DNA from: Oopsacas minuta
Lineage: Eukaryota > Animalia > Porifera
DNA length: 64,000 bases
Direction of reading: 5' to 3'
NCBI GenBank assembly: GCA_024704765.1
Contig: JAKMXF010000318.1
Location: 304,159-368,158 of the forward strand
The stretch's first letter is position 1; every line of letters starts with the position of its first letter. The notes under the pieces are model-generated. The model was not told the origin of the DNA, ran no database searches, and worked only from the letters and a program-made list of their open reading frames with translations. Made by a program: the position numbers and the translations under genes. Positions 57,192 through 64,000 of the stretch are shown one piece after another.

Positions 57192-60100
57192 TTAAAAAAC
57201 TTTTGAAATACTTTTCCTGAGAAACGGAGCCGAGGCACATCTTGATTTTCTAAGTGCAAACTGATTGTCTTTGAATAGCAATGGTTCTTGGGGAGTGTTG
57301 CCGATTCTAAAATTACATACAGAATCAGTTTTAATTTTGTGTGCATAGTACGACGAGGTAGACAATACAATGGATGAACTAGTAGTTGTAGTTGAATTTC
57401 TTTGGGTCAGATTAGAAGAGTATCCATCTTTGTTATCTGTAGATTCTAAAAAGCGAATAACGTCTATACTTTGACTAACCACCGACTGCTTACGTTCATC
57501 TGGATAATACTTTGCTCTCAACATACATCTGTCCATATCATGCTTAGCCTGGTAAGCCCATACATTCACATTCCTCTCACATTCTTTAAATCTATAAGCA
57601 AGACGTCTGATATACTCTCGTTCTTGCCATCCAACACTGTAATCATTATTCATGTTTAGAGAAAATTTCTTTCTGGGAGTTCGTTTAGCTTCTATTACTT
57701 TACTCGTATTATTTGGTCCCAAAGGTTGATGGGTTACTTCTATGTCGAATTGTGGGGGATCCTGTATGGACTGATGATGTAATAATTCTCCTTCAGTATA
57801 ACTATCTTTAGATTCTTCCACTATTTTACTATTAATCTTTGAACTTACTTTCCTCTTTTTGGGTCGAATAACAGTCTTAATTTGAGTAATACTAACATTA
57901 TTAATGTCACCAGCAGGCTGTGGGATAGGTATAGTAGAGGTTGATAGATTCTCAGTAGATTCTGTAACTTGCCTTGATATACGTTTCTTTCGCAATACTC
58001 TAGTTTTAGGTGTAATAGTAGTAATAGGTTTTGCAACTAAACCGTCTAATATATTAGTTACTACCTCTGTTCTTATCTCAACCAAATCTTCGTGTGTTTT
58101 GACTTTACTTTGAGAAGTTTGTGATTTGATATTTACTCGAGGATTAAACCTAATCGGTTCAGCTCTAAATGTTGGCTGAGTTGGTTTGTTTGGCGGAACA
58201 TTACTCTTCTCTTCATCAATATACTTGCTGTCAATGATACGAGGTTGTAGCTCTATTCTATGTTCATTTACCAGTGAGGAGTCTGTTTGTGAGATTTTAT
58301 CAGCCTCCATTTCTATGAGAGCTATTTCCTTTCTCAAAGTTTCTTTCTTTTCAACTTCTGAAGGTGGAGGAGTTGATGTCCGGCTGACAGTAGGCGTGGA
58401 GAATACAGGCAATGGGAAGTTATCATACGAGAGAATCAAGGGAGTCTGTGAAGGAGAAATAAACAGTTTTGATGGTATTGGCGGAATTTCTTCTGAGTTA
58501 TGAGAGGATAAAGAACAAACACTTTCTTTCGCAACTTTATCAAGCATTTCGTCTAGAATAGATAGACCGTTTGGTCCGTGTAGATCAATATCATATGGTT
58601 TTAAATATGATTGCATTGTATCTACATAATACAGACCGTATTTAGTGCTAACCAGTTCTCCATTCTGACTGTTTGGATTTTCAAAAACGGCAGATTCTGC
58701 CAAAGAATTATTATGGTCCTTGTTATTGCCAGTATCTTGTATAATAGAATAAGATGAGAGCAAATGCTCGTGTCTGATTACATAGAGATGTCTGTTGAGA
58801 GAGACAAGCAAATCTCCACTGTTATTTAGGAAATATACTCCGCCAAGAGAATTATTGAGGGAAATAACTTTGACTAAATTCTTGTGGTGATCCCAGATCT
58901 TGACAAGACCTGACTTATGAGCAGTACAAAAAACATTTAACCGTTCTAACCCATGAATACTTATAATTTCATCAAATGAACCTTTGCCTTCCTTCCCTGA
59001 AGTATTCATTGAGCCACCACACAACGAAGAACCCATGTCTCTAGTAGAATAGAGGGATAACGAACCATCAGTGAATCCAGCCATTATTATGTTGTGTACT
59101 TTCCAATAGGCAATAAGAGATCCGTGCAATTCGAAAGAATATAACAGCTCTAGACCAGGGAGAGACCATAACTTCAAAGCGAATCCACTCACAGATACAG
59201 ATTGGGTGATGAGTTCAGATGAGTTTTCAGAAACTCTCAGACTCGTAACTTCACCTGTTGACACTTGCATCTCGAATAACTTAATAAATTCCTGGCCGGT
59301 AGAAATAAACACAAGTCTGCCATCTTTCAGCCCCACCATTAGCAGATTAGAATGAGTAACAGAATTGTGAGTCCAAAAATTAATAGGAAAATATAGAAAT
59401 GCAAGACATGTACAGATAAATGACTGAAGAGATTTTCCGGTATGTAAGATATCACCTGTATCAGGGTCTACAGGACTTAGGATACGCAGGATAACGTCTT
59501 GTTTATAAACTTCTAGAAGACAAGAGGGATGAGTCTTAGTCGTATAAACCCAAATCTCTTGAGGGCCAATTAGTATATAAAGTAAACTGGAGTTTCTGTC
59601 ATAAGCTACAGATCCGAAGGAAGAAGGAAAATGAATATTAGGTGGAGGTAATACCAAAGAGATAGGCCTACTCTGTGAAATTGAATATATTCTAATAGTG
59701 CCGTCAACGCATAAGGCATGGAATCTATCTGATTTTTGTTCGCATTTATCGAAGCAGATATACAGAAGTGAGTTGTCCAAACGTCCCCAATATTCACAGA
59801 AATAATTGAAATCTAATACTGAAATATTGTCTTTTGAAGCAGCAAAGAGCAAATATTGTTTAGTAATATAAACATTATTAATCTTTTCAATATAACAATC
59901 CATAATATGTTGAGTAAATTCTTCCTCTAATGTCAATAGGTTATAACATTTGATAGAACCTTTATCCGTAGCAACTAGCACTAAGTGTGGGGAAAATGGG
60001 TGCTGAAGAACAGCATTGTTGGATTTCGCAGCTGAATAAAATGTGTGAAGTGGAAAACCACACTCAGACCATAGAGTGAGGGTAGAATCATTAGAAACTG

Positions 60101-61091
60101 TCAGTAACAGACTGTGATGGGTATTATACATACAATCTGTAATAGTTTGCTTATGGAGATGGAAAAAACATTTGCACAACCTGCCGTCAAAGGTTAGGAC
60201 AAAGACGTCATAGAACGAAAGAGCAAATATCCATTTTCTTTCATAGCAGATAATAATTTTACGAATTAATTTATTGTCTGGTATTTTAGTCAAAATAGGT
60301 GAAGATAGAATGTAATTTTCCATCGGCCTTTGAGGACGAATACGGGCATATAGATTCTTATTATTGTCGTGTTTAATATAATTCCAAAGAGAAACTCCAT
60401 TAACTCCAGCTCCAATCAGTAAACACCTCGCGTCAAGGAATGAAATGCTAAGCAATGAATTCTCTAAACAAGTAGTTACATGTAAGCTTTCAAAAATAGA
60501 ATTGAAAATGATTATTGATCTTTTTTTGGTTAGAACAAAGTAAACGTTGAACTTTGAAGAGAAATGGATTTCCAAAAACAGTTTATGTTTGTAAGGCGGG
60601 TAGAGATACTGTCGTTCAATATGGTTATTCTCTGGACACCAGGATAATATCCCCGCTGGGTCCAATAGGATGAACTTATGAGTTCTATCTGAGTATGTAA
60701 CAGATAAAATGGGATTATTCTGATTTCGAGAGAGGAAGTGAGTGGGTTGCATGCCATAGTAGAGGGAAGATACTTGGTTATCGTGAAGATGCATGGATTG
60801 GAGACTAGGGCTAGTGATAAAACTTGTTTCAGATGGGAAACTTATTGTTTCATCGCACGAAAAAGTCTCGTGAATTTCATCACCTGAAACTATATCATTC
60901 GGTTCTTCAAAGCATCCACTCAATTGTGAATGATGTGATAATTCAAGATATTCGTTGTCCAGCAGAGGAAGATTAGGCAAATCGTCTGTAAATTCTTGAA
61001 TGTTCGGTGTGAAACAATCATCATCCAAAAGAGCAGACATGTTACAAGGATAAGAGAGTATGGACTCACTGGAAGATAATGATTGAGTCAT
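57192..61091 (-). CDS. Large WD40-repeat protein with low-complexity C-terminus (WDR87/WDR97-like)
   Basis: WD-type repeats (LLLTVSNDSTLTLW, LMVGLKDGRLVF, MAGFTDGSLSLY, FCTAHKSGLVKIWD). Start placed at ATG 61091 because the track ORF extends into PIGL. Confidence 0.65.
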   Translation of the reverse strand: MTQSLSSSESILSYPCNMSALLDDDCFTPNIQEFTDDLPNLPLLDNEYLELSHHSQLSGCFEEPNDIVSGDEIHETFSCDETISFPSETSFITSPSLQSMHLHDNQVSSLYYGMQPTHFLSRNQNNPILSVTYSDRTHKFILLDPAGILSWCPENNHIERQYLYPPYKHKLFLEIHFSSKFNVYFVLTKKRSIIIFNSIFESLHVTTCLENSLLSISFLDARCLLIGAGVNGVSLWNYIKHDNNKNLYARIRPQRPMENYILSSPILTKIPDNKLIRKIIICYERKWIFALSFYDVFVLTFDGRLCKCFFHLHKQTITDCMYNTHHSLLLTVSNDSTLTLWSECGFPLHTFYSAAKSNNAVLQHPFSPHLVLVATDKGSIKCYNLLTLEEEFTQHIMDCYIEKINNVYITKQYLLFAASKDNISVLDFNYFCEYWGRLDNSLLYICFDKCEQKSDRFHALCVDGTIRIYSISQSRPISLVLPPPNIHFPSSFGSVAYDRNSSLLYILIGPQEIWVYTTKTHPSCLLEVYKQDVILRILSPVDPDTGDILHTGKSLQSFICTCLAFLYFPINFWTHNSVTHSNLLMVGLKDGRLVFISTGQEFIKLFEMQVSTGEVTSLRVSENSSELITQSVSVSGFALKLWSLPGLELLYSFELHGSLIAYWKVHNIIMAGFTDGSLSLYSTRDMGSSLCGGSMNTSGKEGKGSFDEIISIHGLERLNVFCTAHKSGLVKIWDHHKNLVKVISLNNSLGGVYFLNNSGDLLVSLNRHLYVIRHEHLLSSYSIIQDTGNNKDHNNSLAESAVFENPNSQNGELVSTKYGLYYVDTMQSYLKPYDIDLHGPNGLSILDEMLDKVAKESVCSLSSHNSEEIPPIPSKLFISPSQTPLILSYDNFPLPVFSTPTVSRTSTPPPSEVEKKETLRKEIALIEMEADKISQTDSSLVNEHRIELQPRIIDSKYIDEEKSNVPPNKPTQPTFRAEPIRFNPRVNIKSQTSQSKVKTHEDLVEIRTEVVTNILDGLVAKPITTITPKTRVLRKKRISRQVTESTENLSTSTIPIPQPAGDINNVSITQIKTVIRPKKRKVSSKINSKIVEESKDSYTEGELLHHQSIQDPPQFDIEVTHQPLGPNNTSKVIEAKRTPRKKFSLNMNNDYSVGWQEREYIRRLAYRFKECERNVNVWAYQAKHDMDRCMLRAKYYPDERKQSVVSQSIDVIRFLESTDNKDGYSSNLTQRNSTTTTSSSIVLSTSSYYAHKIKTDSVCNFRIGNTPQEPLLFKDNQFALRKSRCASAPFLRKSISKVF

Positions 61092-61201
61092 ACTAAACAG
61101 TGAAACAATATGAGCTATGTAGGAAAGCGGTATCTGCAAAATATAATAAAGGAATGGGGGGAAAATAAGTACAAGTATAAAATAAATAAAGTTCAAATAA
61201 T

Positions 61202-61936
61202 TTAAACTATTTGTTTGAACTGGTTGATATAAACATAACGTGAAAAGAGTATATAAAGAATTCGGTACCATGTGTATTGTGAGTAATGAGAGTACATTGC
61301 AAAATGTGTCTTCAAAATACCAATTGGGTTAGCAATAAAACTTAAAGTATTGTTGTTAGTAAGAAGTACGCAAAGAACATCGAGAATTACTAAATACTTG
61401 CGACAAATACCAACAGTTTCTAACATGTATATTTCTACAGTAAGCATAGTACGACGGGATAAACAGATTGCTGCAGCAATATCACAATGATTTTGATGGC
61501 CAGATATACCCAATTTGTCGAAAGTGAAAATATTTCGTATATGAAAGGTGTTTATAGATTTGCTAATAATATCACAGATTGTCTCTCTATCCCAAATGAT
61601 ATTTGGCCCATCTTGTAAATTCGGATCGTTGATGATAATTCGATTGCTGATCGGGACACCCAATATATTCAAGCTTGAGGCAAATTCTGATTCTCTGAGC
61701 AGTCCTGAGCCATAGAAATTCCCGTTTGACAAGCATAAAACAAAAAGAGATTGTGGCGCAGAATTTGCCAAGTGTATAATAGTCGGAGCAAAGAACATAA
61801 CCTCATCATCTGGATGAGCTGTAACAATCAGGGTATTACCAGGAAGAAGCTTATTCTTAAAAGCTTGAATACGTAGGAGGAGAATAAGGAATAAAATAAT
61901 CAATAGAACGATCAAATTTCCCAAAAATAGATCCAT
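61202..61936 (-). CDS. PIGL: N-acetylglucosaminyl-phosphatidylinositol de-N-acetylase
   Basis: N-terminal TM helix, AHPDDEVMFFAPTI, LCLSNGN, TFDKLGISGHQNH, AMYSHYSQYTWYRILYILFSRYVYIN. Confidence 0.95.
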   Translation of the reverse strand: MDLFLGNLIVLLIILFLILLLRIQAFKNKLLPGNTLIVTAHPDDEVMFFAPTIIHLANSAPQSLFVLCLSNGNFYGSGLLRESEFASSLNILGVPISNRIIINDPNLQDGPNIIWDRETICDIISKSINTFHIRNIFTFDKLGISGHQNHCDIAAAICLSRRTMLTVEIYMLETVGICRKYLVILDVLCVLLTNNNTLSFIANPIGILKTHFAMYSHYSQYTWYRILYILFSRYVYINQFKQIV

Positions 61937-62483
61937 TCATAAATATCGGAAAAACGCAAGTAACTAACAAGCAAAAGATGAAAATAGATAAAACGGGAAA
62001 ACAAAAGAAAATAGGTTATTCATGAAATAGAAATAGAAATAGAAGGCAGTAGAGCAAAAAAATTATAATTACGATGGAGTCTAGTTAATACGTAAGCCAA
62101 AGGGGCCGCCCAAATTCGTAATCTATATCTGTGTTCGTATTAACGAGACTAGACAGTATTAGAGAATGTTCATAGAATTATAAGGAAATGTTAGTATAAT
62201 TATAAGGAGATGTATTCTCATAAGAGCATACCTTATAGTATAGACAGTATAATATAATACTATTTCATCATTTCTAAAGTTCTAGTCCATTATTCAAATA
62301 AATCGTGAAAAGTGATCATATTATCTAATATATTTCTCAATATACAAGAGATTATGTTACAATTGATAGCATCAAATGTATGAATAACTCGATGGTAGTC
62401 CCTCAGCGATGTTGGTTAGTAACTTGGCTGTGATAAACACGCATTGAGACACTCCGTAGTTTCCCCTCCGTTTCAAGATTTGA

Positions 62484-62885
62484 TCAAATGCAGCAATTAC
62501 CTCGATAAGTCTGAATTAAATAGAGGAAAAATATGAGGAAGGGTATGGAGAAAAAGGGAAGCGAAGAGAGAAAAGAAGAGAAGATGCTATTATGTTCAAT
62601 TCTGACCGTATATATACTTGTTGATGAGCTACAGGTGTCACAACACGTTTAGTATAAACTATAACATTTCCTTAGTTACCACCTGCATTAACTGAAATGT
62701 TTGTTACGCTTGCAACACCTGCAACACCTGCAATACTAGTAACAACTGCACCGCCTGCAAGAACTGCGCTAGAGAAAAGAGTATAAATATGAGCAATAGT
62801 TTCATTTCTAATATTTCTTCTACTTCCCTCTAAGATGTCTCATCTCTTCACTCTCTTTCCTTTTCCACGGTCGTATTCTCTCTAT
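62484..62885 (-). CDS. Tentative spliced small ORF or 3' end of a gene (4 exons including an 11-nt microexon)
   Basis: Exons 62885-62824, 62768-62680, 62628-62618 and 62510-62484 joined by GT-AG introns of 55, 51 and 107 nt give one open frame: IERIRPWKRKESEEMRHLRGNAVLAGGAVVTSIAGVAGVASVTNISVNAGAHQQTYRGNCCI*. Manual model only. Confidence 0.3.
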
Positions 62886-62925
62886 CTATTACAGTGCGAC
62901 AGGCATACTCTCAATTCTACACCAA

Positions 62926-63231
62926 CCTCTGCTCAATTTTCTGAAAGAATTCTTTCAATTCTTCACTCACCTCTGCTCAATTTTCTTACAGAATAGTGTC
63001 AATTCGTCAATCACCTCTGCCCAATTTTCTAACAGAATTCTCTCAATACGTCACCCACCTATGCTCAATTTTCTGTCAGAATTCTCCCAATTCATCACTC
63101 ACCTCTGCCCAATTTTGTTACAGAATTCTTCCAGTTCTTTACTCACCTCTGTTCAATTTTCTTACAGAATAGTGTCAATTCGTCACGGACCTCTGCTCAA
63201 TTTTCTAACAGAATTCTCTCAATTCGTCAAT
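62926..63231. repeat. 44-bp minisatellite x7
   Basis: CCTCTGCTCAATTTT anchors at 62926, 62970, 63014, 63058, 63102, 63146 and 63190 (exact 44-bp period). Confidence 0.92.
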
Positions 63232-63530
63232 ATACCAGACATTATCACTATAAATTCCTATCTAACAGATCCTGGAAACATTAGAAATGCTAAAGAAGTG
63301 ACTGGAAAAACAATTATAGTGTATGTTAATCGATTCGGAAAATTGTTAAGAGCATAGGATTATAATGTAAATATCTGAAATACTATTGAACTTGTAATGC
63401 ATAGGGTAGTGGAATAGTTATACTACAAAAAATTCCTAAAATTGATTAAACAAGTAGTACAGTCAATGCAGGTTACAAGAACATCGTCCAGAACTGGAAA
63501 TAATGGACGTAAACCAGAATTTCTTAGACA

Positions 63531-63743
63531 AGAACATGTTCTTATAACCAGCATGTCTTGTATACAAACAAGTTCTTATAGCCAGCATGTCTTATATAAG
63601 AACATGTTCTTGTATAAGACATGCTGGTTATATGAACATGTTCGTAACAAGCATGGCTTATATAAGAATACAATCTTATAACCAGCATGGCATAGATAAT
63701 AACATGTTCCTATAACCAGCATGTCTTATAGCCGAACAAGTCC
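63531..63743. repeat. 34-bp minisatellite (about 6 units) built on palindromic GAACATGTTC, with one inverted internal segment
   Basis: Anchors at 63532, 63566, 63600, 63634, 63666, 63700 and 63734; consensus GAACATGTTCTTATAACCAGCATGTCTTATATAA. Confidence 0.88.
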
Positions 63744-63744
63744 T

Positions 63745-63987
63745 GGATTGAAAGCTGGGTAATGGAGTGTCTTGCTAGTATTATATAAAAACTGGCTAAG
63801 AAGATGGTAGACGATGGACTTTGACATGATTATCTAAGTAGACTTTGTGGATAGCAGTGAAGGATGGATTTTTGGATTGAAAGCTGGGTAATGGAGTGAG
63901 TGATTTTTTGAGAAAACAAGGAAAGAATGGGGAGTGTCTTCACTGTATTAAATTGTTTCCAAGGAGAGTGTCTTCACTGTATTAAAT
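63745..63987. repeat. Short direct duplications
   Basis: GGATTGAAAGCTGGGTAATGGAGTG at 63745 and 63874; GAGTGTCTTCACTGTATTAAAT at 63932 and 63966. Confidence 0.8.
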
Positions 63988-64000
63988 ACAATCAATTCAA

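Noticed and set aside
61092-61271. Apparent coding overlap between the WD40 ORF and PIGL
   Set aside because: The extension is a low-complexity by-product of the PIGL 3' end and AT-rich spacer; ATG 61091 is the more plausible start.
62699-62833. Plus-strand metallothionein-like reading VCYACNTCNTCNTSNNCTACKNC
   Set aside because: A stop lies immediately upstream and there is no start codon; it is the antisense of the GVAGVA-coding segment.
62926-63743. CRISPR array interpretation of the 44-bp and 34-bp repeats
   Set aside because: Units are contiguous tandem copies without unique spacers, there are no cas genes, and the context is eukaryotic.

Overview
Eukaryotic (animal-like), AT-rich and very gene-dense window with about 26 protein-coding genes, short GT-AG introns (mostly 48-65 nt) and many long intronless CDSs. 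The gene set and compactness suggest a compact sponge-type genome such as a glass sponge; this is an inference only. Order: TDRD12-like (partial), orphan, sideroflexin, an L-rhamnonate dehydratase-like gene whose 9.68-kb second intron holds four other genes (SPAG17, a CmcI-like methyltransferase, and MIOX and a TRAF-like gene that also sit inside SPAG17 introns), NSMCE2, DD3-3, NIPSNAP, MRPS31, a divergent Maf-like bZIP, a cadherin, SANBR, an ependymin-like gene, POLR3B, an orphan 7TM, PGLS, a ~4,870-aa HECTD4, an AGA-like Ntn hydrolase, a cpRAS-VWA protein with tandem circularly permuted Ras domains, a POLR1D-isoform-2-like gene, a MITE-like remnant, MBOAT7, a WD40 protein, PIGL and minisatellites. 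Three signals stand out. (1) The Russian-doll nested locus at 3.9-14.9 kb has phase-matched splice sites. (2) 17 of 18 consecutive genes lie on the minus strand, many 80-190 bp apart, and most start codons have an AG 0-9 nt upstream, the pattern expected of operon-like transcription resolved by spliced-leader trans-splicing. (3) The cpRAS domain is duplicated, with a degenerate second copy. No tRNA, rRNA or CRISPR array could be supported. All homology calls come from recalled motifs, not database searches.
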